From Lama glama (Eukaryota), in assembly GCA_028534125.1 (NCBI GenBank), contig CM052816.1, positions 91,204,001-91,268,000 on the forward strand: 64,000 bases of DNA, read 5' to 3'. Below are positions 1 to 11,830 of this stretch, one piece after another; the first letter of the stretch is position 1; the number at the start of each line of letters is the position of its first letter. Made by a program: the position numbers and the translations under genes. The notes under the pieces were generated by a model. That model ran no database searches and had not been told where the DNA came from. It was given only the letters and a program-made list of their open reading frames with translations.

Positions 1-361
1 GTCTGGTCACAGCCTCTAGTTCTGGGAACACTCACTCTGGGGGAAGTGAGTGGTTTGTCTTGAGGACATTTATACAGCCACATGGAGGGGGTCCCTGTGG
101 TGAGGAACTGAGGCCAGCTGCTCCTAGTTGTCTGCACACACCATCTTGGAAGCAGACCCTCCAGCCCCAGTCAAACCTTCAGATGACTAGAGCTCCAGCT
201 GCCACCTTGACCGCCATCCGAGAGATTCTAGACTATGACACCCTCCCCTCCAAGTTAAGCCACAAGTTCCTTACCCATGGAAACTGTGTGAGATAATAAA
301 TACCTATTGTGGTGTTAAGTCAGTAAATTTTGGGATAATTCAACAATGGATAACTGATACA
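1..361 (+). mobile_element. MaLR LTR (MLT1F-like), 5' part outside the window or truncated
   Basis: Typical MLT1 motifs: tgtggtgaggaactgaggcc, ccatcttggaagcagaccctccagccccagtcaaaccttcagatgac, aataaa, 3' end ataactgataca. Confidence 0.8.
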
Positions 362-2029
362 GGAACCACACATTACACTTTATGAATTTTCCCATATTAG
401 CTTCTCAATGCAACTTTGTGCTTGGAAAATGGTTATAAATATGGTTTTTAATATACAAATATGCATACAAGGAGCTTATCAAGTATCTGGGGTAGAACTA
501 TTTTCCTTGAATTGTGGCCAAAGAAAAAAAGTATACCGCTCACCGTCAGCAAAGATGTAGGATTCAGATGGTCTGTGGACACCTCTGAGTTTTCCACTAG
601 GGACACTTATTTCTCATTTAAGTGAAGTTAATGAACTTGGGGTGAGGTGATACAGCTCTGAGGGCTATTCTTGCCCTGTCGCAGCACATTGTGTTCTCGG
701 ACCCTTCCTATACGTGCTCTTAGTGTGAAGGAAGCCACTGAGTTTGCACCCATTCCAGCACTTACTTTATGGCTAGTCATCACGTGAGACCAGAAGGACG
801 CTTCTGCTTGATTTGGAAGAATAAGGCACACAATGGGAAACACCGTGCTGGGACAGTGTTTCATTCATTCATCTCCTCCCATTCAGCATCCACTCCACAA
901 ATACGTATTTCCTAGCGGAGAGATGGTCTTGGTGCCAGGAAAACACGAAGTGGAAGCAGAGCAACGAAGTGTAAAGAGCACAGCTTCTGGAATCAAGCAG
1001 ACCCGAGTTCAGTCTCCTGCGGTATCTGAGGTGACCTCATAAACCAGCTTGGCTTTTGAACAACCTGAGAGATAAGACAAAGTGAGACAACCTGTGGAGA
1101 CAGCATGTCGCCACCTGAACTGATGAGATGATTTTGGAGAATGTGGCTCATGTCTGTGAGCAAGCTGACTAATTCAGGGCTTCAGAATGAGCAGACCTGT
1201 ACCACTACTCACCCCGTGGGGCCTGGGGAGATTGGAACCCGTGCTCTCTGGCTCTCTCCCCGGGAGAGACGGAGGAGAAGGAGTGGCAGAACAGTTCTTC
1301 GCTCCAGCACCACCCACGGAGAAGCCAGATGCCTCCCTGAGGCACAGTGAGCGTCAGGGTGATGAGAGGACACTCCACGCTAGGGACACTTCATCTACCT
1401 GAGCGGAAACTCGGGGAGTGGCGGAGGACCACTGGGCCGTGGAGCGCAGGAAAGATGAGGACAGTCCGCATTCGGGAGGCGACAGCAGGCCCTCAGAAAG
1501 CCCTGCTCCCATCCTCCCGATGCTGCTCCCAATACCGCCCCCTGTCTGGGGCGCCCCCGACACCTCCCAGGCGGTACACATTTTGCTCCCAGAACTCTCT
1601 GGAATGAATTAGAAAGGTGTGCTAATGAAAGCAAAGCCAGGGCCACTCCGACTCCAAGGCTGACAATTAATCCTTCCACTTCCATTCCAAACTACCATCA
1701 GCCACGTGGTCCAATTCAGCTCATTCTGCTGTCTCCAATTCAGAGATTCTGAGTTGAAATTAAAGGACAACATGAGTCACACGTACAATAATATAATCCA
1801 GCAACAGATATTCCAAATCTGGCTCCAAACCTTCTCTTACTATAATTTGCCAGCAGGAAATTAAAGTCCAATTATTAAATCCCTTTGCAGGTTAAAATTC
1901 AAACATACACCTGAATTAACGTTTAAAAGTATGTTCTGTTTTCTGTTTAAGTTAAAAATTCAGATATATTAAATTCTCTCATCCCTCCATTTCTCATTCT
2001 GGCAGTCATAGGTGGCGTTCTCATTGTCT

Positions 2030-3411
2030 AGGTTGGTGGTTTTCAAACTTTTCGTCCCAGTACACCTTTAACTTCTCAACAGTTGATGAAAACACCAGGG
2101 TACTTATCAAAATTCATTATATCAGAAATTAAAACTGTGACATTAAAAATACTAATTCATTTAAACATAAAATAAACTCGTGAAAATTTAAAATAGATAA
2201 CATATATTTATTAAAAATAACAATATTTCTCCAAACAAACAAAAAAATGTAGCGAAAAAGAGTGGCATTTTTTTCTTTATGTGTTTGCAAATCCTTTTCA
2301 TGTTTGGTTTGATAGACGGCATCTGGGTTCTCTTATCCGCTTCTGCATTCAATCTGTTGCCATATGTTCCTTTTGGTTAAAAAGTCTGTAGAAACTTCAG
2401 CCTCCCACAGATACGCAGTTGGAAAACGGGAGGTGAATTTTCATACCTGTTTCAGATAATTGTGGATTTTCTTCTTTGATTTTACGCTAGGACTTGACAA
2501 ATGCTAGTTTCAGGAGGTCAGAGCTTCAGTCTGGAAGCTGAAACCAGATCAGTGCACTTTTCATACTTTGTTACGTTAAGACCCATTGGAATACCTTCCA
2601 TCTTGAAAGAATCTTTTACCTGTGCATGATTTTGTCAATATCACATTTTGGTCAGTTGGGAAATATTGATTCACCAAGTTAAGGCAGATTTCCTGAATAC
2701 TGATGTACTTCACTATATAAGATTAAAAAAAAATCACACCTGTTAATGTATCACCCATCTCGTCAGAGAAGTCTTTAAGTGCTAGGAAGCGGCCAAGCTC
2801 ATGGTAGTAGATACACATTTTTTAAAACTCCAATTTTCACTTGACTGCTTGAATTTTATTATTGGTGATAATTATTGTTGGCTGTTTGCCTTGAAAGGAC
2901 AGGTTCTTTGTTCAGCTTTTGAGCAAATAGTGTCCAACGACTTGAGTTTGAATAACTACAGTAGTTTCTTTAAATAAAAAAGATGTTCACTTTAAAAGAG
3001 GGCTTGTTCTGCTCTGAATTCAAACAATTGTACAACTGCTTGTCCTCCAGGCGGTCTTTGAATTCTGGTACGTAGCAAAAGTCTTCTGTGTGGCCTTTCC
3101 ATTGGGGTCACATAGAATATGAAAAGGATGCGTACTCAAGGGATGAGGTTGAATAAAATGAATAATTTTTACAGGTTTGTCAAGGATGTTCTCAAGGGAC
3201 AGTGGATTAAAAAAAATTTGTGAGCGTGCGGTGGTGAAAAATTCATTGGCCATGAGCACAGGTGGGCGCCATGCCCACCTGCTTATGTACCAGCCGTGCA
3301 CGTCAACAAATGGAAAAGGAAACCCACCTTACTCTTGCTAAGAAAATAGTTTTAAGGCCCCTGAAATAGTTATGGGCCATCCTCCGGATCCTGTGGTTGG
3401 GGAAATGCCTG
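2030..3411 (-). mobile_element. hAT DNA transposon, Charlie1a-like, near full length
   Basis: ~1.4 kb with Charlie1 hallmarks (ctgcattcaatctgttgc, gagtggcattt, aaaatagtttt, degenerate hAT termini at both ends); no intact ORF. Confidence 0.8.
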
Positions 3412-5639
3412 GGCTGTTTCTACCTGGAATGGGCATCACTCCTTGCAAGCTTTGGAAGGAATATTAGTTCATTGAAAAGCCCTTGAGTGCTTTTATTTTT
3501 AATGAGTTTAAAGAGTTAACAGGACACACAAGTGTCACAGCCCTGACCCCACACCGACCAAGTTAAGAAAAGCAGCCGATCCCTAACTCCTAGGGCAGCG
3601 CTTCCTGGCAAAACCAGGCTTCTAGAATCCAGGAAATTCTTTGGCCACAGGGAGCAGCAGAGAACCAGACAAACCTGGGAGAAGGAGCTGGGGGAATCAT
3701 GCAGCTTCTGTCTGCCCCAGGCTATGCTAGGTGTCTGGAATCCATGACCTTTGAACTTCAATTTGATGGGGGAAAAATTCTTCTAACAAGGGTATTTACC
3801 ACATCCAGGAGGAAACTCCACATACCACATCTCCACTCTCAAAGAGCAGCACTCGAGGCATGGCTGTCTTCTTGCCAAGTTTAGAAATTTGCAGTGATTG
3901 TAACTCCCAGCACCAGCAGACGACGTGTCCGGTATATCCCTAACCTACCGATCTGCATTTCCCGTTTGCTTTGCCTACTGGTGCCTGGCACTAACAATTG
4001 AAATCTAGAACCTGTAGGGCAGATGGAATTCTCTAGCTACAGTTTAAAAACAGCAGACATGCTCTGCACCCTAATGTCTAAGCGGCGCTTTTCTCCGTGG
4101 GTGGATCAATGAGCTTGCGGCCTCTGCTTAGGAAACCTGCACCTGTGAGGGCTGGGGACAAGCTGCAGCCCTGTACTCAGAGGCTGCCCTCACCTGCTGA
4201 TGGCCCACCCCTCTGCTGGGACCTGTGGGGTGGTGTTGGCTTGCAAAGGTCCCAGGAGGCACCATCCGCGGAGGGCACATCACGTTTGGCTGGGATGCCC
4301 TCGCCGCCCCCGTAGGAGCCCTGTTCTCTTTGGTGACTGTGGTCTCTGTGCCTTTGTTAATCTCTGCACTGCCCTGTCCCTTTGCTGAGACGTATGGGCC
4401 TCATTAGCTTCCAGCCCTGTGCAAGCAGCCCTGCTTATCGATGGCCTGTGGACAAAACTGGCATAAGCTGCAGTCCCTTACAGAGCTCAAAATACTATGT
4501 AGCCTAAGGCAGAAAGCTTTTGCCCAAACTGAAGAACTTAACCTGCAACCAACCACTGTGATAACCATTGTGGATAAGCCTCTGAGACCAAACAAGCTCA
4601 TACACTCAAATCTGAGGCTTCAAAACCACCTCTCAGTCTCACCCATTCTGCTTATATTTTACCCTTTGTCTTTCCCCTAAGATTGCTGATTGATGGTGCC
4701 AGGTATCGCTACCTTTGAGGTTAATCCCCCAACTACAGCCCCTCCTGCCATCGGCTTCAGGAGCTGGGGCTACTTCCAAATGACTTAAGGCACACAGAGC
4801 GGAGGAGACGAGTGTTTCCTGTGTCGGAGGGATGGAAGGGAGAGGAAGGGGAGAGAAGAGAAAAGCACATCCAGATTCTCCTTCCAACCTAAACCAACAC
4901 GAAGGGAGGTCCCACAGCTCCTGGGGAGGAAGAAGTGAGCGGACAGAGAGAGGCCTGGACGGTTTCACTAATGGTATTCCTTTTTCTGGAAAGAAAACAC
5001 CAGGAGAGGGGCAGAAGTCTTACCTTGGAAATAACAGCTTGTGATTCACCATTTATTACTTTAATCTCTGCAGCTTACAGTTTTCCAGTCTTTACAGTAA
5101 TATCTACAAGGGCTGACCATTGTGTGGATTAGAGACAATACCTGTAAAGCTAGCACAGGTGTAAACAGTTGGTCCAGGGGGAGAGAGACGTGCACAACTA
5201 GAGATATTACAAGGCAGGGTATGTGATGTTACTACAGCAAAGGAAAAGTCAAGTACTCTAAAACCCCAAATGAAGGAAAGTTTAATTCTCACAGGGGCTT
5301 GGGTGGGGGGTTGGTTTCATGAGAGGGGTGGCTCTGTACTTGAGGTGTAAGATTTTATCAGAGTTGCTCCACCACTCAGTTCATTTGATGGGCACACAGT
5401 CTTGAACATCTTCTGTCTTAGAGGCCCCAGGCAAGCAGAGGTGTAAAAGGTAAAGACCACAGTTCCTGAACCTGCAGATCCAGTTGGAGAAGCATCACAC
5501 AGACAAGCACACACACATATGCGTGTGCACACACAGCACAGATTCAAGAGAAATCCAAAATATGGATCTGCAAGGCAAGTGGAGCAAAGCTCGGGCAGAG
5601 GACGCAGGAGGGATAAGCCTGGATACACTCATCTGAGGT

Positions 5640-5880
5640 GCTCTCCTAGAAGCTGGAGGCATTAATGATACAGGTAAATAAGAAAGGGATGGGACAATGG
5701 GAAAAATGTTTGGATGCCAGGCTATAGGAGATCTCTGTGCCAGAGAGTAAAGCAGTGCGATCAGAATAACAAAGAGTTACTGGAGGAGCTTCCTTCGGAG
5801 AGGGTTGTTCTAGGGAGATACCTGAGTTAGGCTGAAGAATTCACATGATGATCAGAGGGCAGGAGGGAGCATGCGGTTTC
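5640..5880 (-). mobile_element. L2 LINE fragment
   Basis: Purine-rich L2-like sequence (gagagtaaagcag...ctagggagatacctgagttaggctgaag). Confidence 0.5.
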
Positions 5881-8849
5881 GGAACAAGACATTTCCTAGC
5901 TCTGGGGAGCCATGTCCTTCCCGTCAGGACATTTCTTCTTTTATCCGAGGTCTTTAAGATCTCTTTTTTATCACAATTATTAAGTCCATTTAGAAAGTCT
6001 GCCAATGATGCAGGACTCATTCCACTTATGGACAGAAAGAGACCATGACATGACGTTCCAGTAATACATCATTTATGTTTGAACACGTTTTAAGGCGGTA
6101 AACTGCAGTTGGAAAATCAATATTATTTCATAATCTACACTTAAGCCTATTTTGTGAGTATTTCAATTCATGTAGAGAATTTTAGTGAAAGGAACAAGTA
6201 ATTTCCTGGTCTACTAATGGATGGAAATCTATTTAATGGCCTCCAACGTCTTGGCTGTAGTCAGAATTCTTGCCTGAAGGAGAGTATATTGCAGGGTCCC
6301 AACTCAGCAAATCGTGGACGGTGGTCTGCACCATCACAGTGAAGCTGGTGACCAGGGACGCGGGTATGGAGTGGGGAAAGAACTGCAGCAGAGTGAGAGG
6401 AAGTCCCTCTTCCCTGGCTTGGCAATGTCCCCGGCAGAGAACTTGCATCACTTAACAACGATGTCACTTTATTGACCATCATAAACTGAAGTCTCACTGA
6501 ATCACGAATAAATAAATTAGCAACTTGAAAGGAAAAGGAAGTAGAGGAGAGCCAGAGGGTCACAAATTGCCCGAAGAGCAGTGGTCTGGGTCGTCCAAGT
6601 GCTGAATCAGATCTTCCCCTTCTGGGTGAGCCCCTAAAAAGAACACGTGTCCTGCGTGTTCCAGACACTGAGTCCGTGGACCCACTGGCATTTGGGAAGG
6701 AGGTAACAGGGAGGTACTTCTGCCACTCTTTTTCACGGTTCCCTTATGGCATGGAAATGGAAATTTACAGAGAATTGACTGGTATGTGAGTTGCTTCCTG
6801 TGGCCTCAGAATAGATCAAAACCAAGGACCCAGCTGGGGCTTGGTCTTGTGCTGTTGGCCTTCCTGGACCTCCAGAAAGTCTACTCCTGGGGACCAGCTA
6901 AACCAGATTCACTGCAGTTTATCCCCCGGAAGTAGTAGATGCCTGGTGGTGCCTCCATCACTCAGCTGTATTCCCTGCACCTCCAAATTGGCTTCTGTAA
7001 GGATGGCATTGACGCTACTACACCCTTTCCTCTCACTCTGAGGAAGAGAGTACGTTTCTGTTCAGTGTTCTAAATGCAAACTGATTAGCTTGATAGGATT
7101 GGAGAGACCTCCACGAGTGTTCCGCTGAAGTCCGAAGTACCCTGGAAAATGCACATCTTTCTCTTTTTTATTAAATCCTGCATAGCAACAAATTCACCAT
7201 AATCCTGATTTGACTGCCAATTGATCTGTTTAATTAGTTATTCTCTCTACCATCCTACCACCTGCATCTCCTCTCTCCATCAATTGGCAAACATTCTGCC
7301 CTAAGATAGAAAAACCCAGTCGATAGGAATATGGCTAACTGGGTGTGGGGGGCAGTGTCATTTCTATACACAGATTTTTCTCTCACTTGAGAAGTTAAAC
7401 CATAAAGTGAATTGGCCATCAAAGTAACCGCCCCGTCCTACAGATGACATGGTGTCTTAGTTATTTCTGTTCTGCAGACATGCAGCCAGCGCTCACAAGG
7501 AGACGGCCAAGGCAGCTGGTCCACTTTTTCTCCTGTTGGAGAATTCTTCCCAGGTGGTTTTGGATAATGTCAGAGCCAGGATAGAGTAATTATTGGAGCT
7601 GAGCTTTCAGACACCTTCCTCGCATAAGGCATTGGGCTGAGAAAGAAGTGTCGTGGCCCCTGTCAGAAGGAAATGCTGGGCCAACCCTACTTGGTGGTGG
7701 ACGCTCCCTTATGCCAAGGGAAACACAGACTCCCCCACTAGGACAATTGTCAACAGGCGCGATCAGGAAGGGCTTCCAGCAAGAGGGGTGGGGTGTGGAA
7801 ATGCAGCGCCACTAATCCAGCAAACCCTGTCTTCTTGGGTGCCTCTCCTGGATGCAGTAAACCATGGGCACATTTCCTCTCCATGGGCAGTGGGCCAGCT
7901 TGACAGATGGTGAGGCAGCCCGGCAGCTGCCCAGAGACGGAAATTGTGTCTGGAGACTCGCACTGGGGAAGGGCTGGCTTTGATGGACAAAACCACTATT
8001 CAATCTGAGCTCTTCCACGGAGGTTGGAGGAAGCAAAGCTACAGAAGCCGATCACTAAACAAACGTGTTACTAAAGGGGCTGAGGCGTTCCCATTTGGTA
8101 TTTTGACCTTGCTTAATTCCAAGAGGTGGCAGGCATTGCACTAAAGTGATTCTGATCTTCGTCACCCTTCTGCCTTCATCAGGGGTTGGGAAATTCTAGC
8201 TAGGGGGACCTGGCATGAACGAACAGGGTGAATGTGAATGAAAGCGTATTTCCAAACAGGCTGCACGGCCCCGTGGGTTAACTGAGATACAGCATCACTA
8301 TCACTATATGTCAGGTGTGGTCCTGGGGGAGCCGTCTGGGGAGCAAGGCTAAGTCGGGGCACATCTTTGAAACTGAGGGCTGGGGAGCGGCTCTTGTGTG
8401 TATTTTAGGTCAGGCACAGAGAATGAGATGGAAGCTGACATGGGTCTCTCAGAACCGGCCGTTGCTGTCAGCTTTAGTTTCTGTTGCTCAGAAGAGATGT
8501 CCCAGACTTCAGAGTAGAACCCAGCATCTCTCCGTGACCTTCCGTTGCTTGTCTGGTTTGGAAAAGAGTCTCAAACCTTCTTCGCTGGTCCTGCATCACT
8601 GTCTTGGAATGTAGGCGCCCTGGGCACTTACTGCTGTGTTCTTGGCTTTGGGGGCCAAGACTTTGACCATAAGTCAGAGAGAAGGAATTTTGTTTTAACA
8701 TTTCTTCCCCAAGCAGGGCAATGGGGGAATGTGGTTAGGGAAGTGTGCTTTAGGGATTTACTTCATGTTAAAAAACATTTACTAGGCACTGGACATGTAT
8801 GCAGGAAGAAACCCACAGCTGAAATACGTATTAGAGACATATTAATCAA

Positions 8850-8955
8850 CTAACAAGTAATTAATTAGACGAATATCTATTAAACACCTACTCTGGACAG
8901 GCACTGCAACGAGCACTGGAGATAAAGCGATAAAAAAAGTCAAAATTCTTGTTCT
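8850..8955 (-). mobile_element. L2 3' end fragment
   Basis: aatatctattaaacacctactctggacaggcactg...cactggagata matches the L2 3' end. Confidence 0.65.
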
Positions 8956-8957
8956 TA

Positions 8958-9098
8958 GGAGAGGGTGTAGCTCAAGTGGTAGAGCGCATGCTTAGCATGC
9001 AAAAGGTCCTAGGTTCAATCCCCAGTCCCTCCATTAAAACAAACCAACCAACAAACAAATAAACAAACCTAATTACCCCTCCCCCCAAAATAAAAAAA
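8958..9098 (+). mobile_element. tRNA-Ala-derived camelid SINE (Vic-1 type)
   Basis: Head gagggtgtagctcaagtggtagagcgcatgcttagcatgc...ggttcaatcccc with Pol III A/B boxes, then aaacctaattacccctcccccc and an A-rich tail. Confidence 0.85.
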
Positions 9099-9104
9099 CC
9101 CCAC

Positions 9105-9240
9105 TAATTTCTTGGTGCCTCAGTTTCCTCATCTGTGAAATGGGGTTAATAGGGGACTCAGCCTACATTGCTGCTCCAAAAGTGTAACGCTCTGAGGACA
9201 GACCCAGCATATCATGAGCCCTTTGACAGGCTCACTGTTA
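9105..9240 (+). mobile_element. MIR SINE fragment
   Basis: MIR core gcctcagtttcctcatctgtgaaatgggg. Confidence 0.8.
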
Positions 9241-10959
9241 GGTATTGGTATCAAATGGTGGCAAGGACACTAGAGAGAGGTAAAGCTGAAGGGACAGGGA
9301 GGGAGGGAGCATGAAGGCACCTGCGGAGGAGTTCAGCAGGCAGAGGAGGCTGCAAGGGCAGGAGGCTTTGCTCAGAGGGAGTCATATTAAAAAACAAAAC
9401 CAAAAGCCAGCCAGTGGGGATTGTGGCAGGAGTGAGCGAAGGGGAGCATATGAAAACCATGTGGTGGTGGAGGCGGACCATGTGGGGCCCCGCAGGTCAC
9501 CGGAAAGGGAAGGATACGGAAAGCTCTCCTGACCTCAGTAGGGCAATTGCTTTCTTGGCAAAAGTGACTGCCTGGAGGTGATTGATGACAACAACTTTAT
9601 ATTCAGATATCTGGGGACATGGCTGAACACTTGTCTTCTGCAAGTTTCTCATTCAGGCTACTCGCTGTGATTGATGGGGTAAGTCCTGGAGTTTCCTACT
9701 GCGTCTGCCCTTTTTCCATGAACAAAGAATAATTTAACATCAATGAGGTAAAAAAATATGAAAGAAAAAAATGATCCACGATTCTGTCACCTTAGCAAAA
9801 TAACTGCTTTGATTTTATCACATTTCAATCCAGGAGCTTTTAAACACAATGAGGATATAATCAAGTTGCTTATGATGGAATAAATATTGTGTGACCATGA
9901 ATGGGGTGTAGAGACTGGCAACAGGCCCTCTTTGAATCTACATCTACAGAGGCTGGGGGCCCTCAGGTAGAAAGATGAGCACAAATCGGGTCCACGGCTG
10001 GGATTCAGGAATGACACGTGTGCTCTGCAGATGAGGAAGGTCCTACTGCAGCCTGGTTGCTAGGAGAGTGGACGAGCCACTTGAGGGGAAAAAAATCATT
10101 ATAGGTGAAAGGAAATGAAAAATCTTCATTTTACAGAGGAGCAAACAAAGATTGTGAGTGTGACCCCAAAAGTCTACTCCTTACACCCTTGTTTGAGGTC
10201 ACCTCCGCCGAGATGTCACTGAGAGAGGGGTTGCTAGATGCCAGGAGGACAGAGGCCTGGGAAGTGTGGGCAGCCTCTGTAGTGTGGTGTCCACATGGCT
10301 TTGAGCCCAGGTCACTAGAGGCCACCTCAGTAGAGCTGAGAGAGGCCCACTTGTACTGGTCCCCCCACTGGTGACTCCCCCAAATCCTTGGGTGCAGGGA
10401 GTCGACTCTGCAAGGCACTGGACTGCCCGTGCTAGCCAAGGAGGCTTGTTTGCTTGAGACTTGGGGATTTGGACTGAACAATTACTAGAAAGAATCCACA
10501 CAATATATGCCTGGCACAAAAGATGCTCAGTCGAGTGGAAGCCATCATTTCTGTGTTCTGCTTCTTACATTTTAAATTAAACGGAAGCCAGCATTATTGC
10601 CAAGGTACTTATTGGACATGAGGGATGCTTATATTTAAGCAGCAACAAATATTTATTGCACACCAGCTATTCTCCCCTGGGGCAGAAATTAACATTTAAT
10701 TAGATTGATGTATAAATTTGGGGAACAACAAAACGTGTTCCCTCGTGCGTATAATGGAAGGCTAAGTTAAATGGCAAAAGGGAAGTACAGACAGGAAACT
10801 ATGAGGGAACCGAGGGGAAGAGATCCCACGATCATATGATCACAGGACAAAGAAGTTTCACATGATGATATGATCTCACACAATCCGGATAGACTTCAGG
10901 GAGGAGGTGCCATTTACATCAGGACTAATTACAGAAGAGAAGCCCTTTGGATCTCATCT

Positions 10960-11105
10960 CTGTGCATCTCAACCGTGGCTGCACATTGGAAGCCCTTAGA
11001 GCCTAAGTGCCACCCTGAGATTCTGGTGTAATTGGTCTGGGGGTTCCCCAGCAATACTCTGTGAGCAGCAATAGTCTGATGAGAGGCCAAGATTGCAACC
11101 CTCCG
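10960..11105 (+). mobile_element. MER5-type hAT MITE
   Basis: tctcaaccgtggctgcacattgga...gagattctggtgtaattggtctgggg...ccaagattgcaacc. Confidence 0.6.
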
Positions 11106-11449
11106 CTCTAACAATGCTGAACGCTTGCAGAGTCCCAGATGGACCATCTTGTTCCACAAGATGTTCAACTCAGCTTCCCCTTGGAAGGCTTCCCTGGCCC
11201 CCTTGGCAAGGGCCTCTCCTTTGCCATTACAGCACCGTCCACTTCATACTGAATGGATCTATATAGGTGTCTATATCCAAATAGTGCACAGTTATCCTTT
11301 ACAAAGATTTTTGCCTGGCAGCATGCATTTCCACTTTCTACTTAGGGAGAACCCCCCACTGTGTACATTTGATAAAACCTCAGGGACAGGTACTCACTAT
11401 GTTGGTCTTGGGACTTTTAATCTTGGGTTACTAACGAAAAGTCATAGCA

Positions 11450-11720
11450 AGAGTTCAGAATTTATTCATTGTCCAGTGGTGGTGGCAGTGGCAGTGACCA
11501 CCATGGGAGTGTTCAGTGGCATGCTGTCACAACTCATGGCCCAAATAGACTGCTTCTCAACATGGCTTTGGCAGAGGGAGCCTCTTTTAGTCCCAGGGAA
11601 AAGGTCCAGCTATTCTGGTGATTCTTTGAGCTACCCAGCAACCTTCTTTAAAAATACCTTTTTTTGTTGTTGTTGAAAATAGCCCAAGTGTTGCTGGCAA
11701 CCAAGTAGGCTGACCAATAT
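11450..11720 (+). mobile_element. Old MaLR/ERVL LTR 3' part (MLT1-like)
   Basis: tgagctacccagcaaccttctttaaaaataccttttt...gcaaccaagtaggctgaccaata resembles an MLT1-type LTR terminus. Confidence 0.5.
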
Positions 11721-11830
11721 TCTACTCCACTAGAACCATCAGCTTCTCAAGGGTATGGACCTTGTCTCCTTCATCCTTCATTGCTCCAGGGCCTCATGCA
11801 TGATATGCTCACAATGGATTGAACACAAAA
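11720..11830 (+). mobile_element. L2 3' end fragment
   Basis: ccactagaaccatcagcttctcaagggtatggaccttgtc...tgctcacaatggattgaa. Confidence 0.6.

Noticed and set aside
8961..9033. Functional tRNA-Ala(AGC) gene
   Set aside because: Acceptor and T-stem mismatches, SINE tail and a second dispersed copy show it is a SINE
11125..11676. Longest ORF in the track (183 aa)
   Set aside because: TTG start, runs into an LTR fragment, no recognisable domain; consistent with chance
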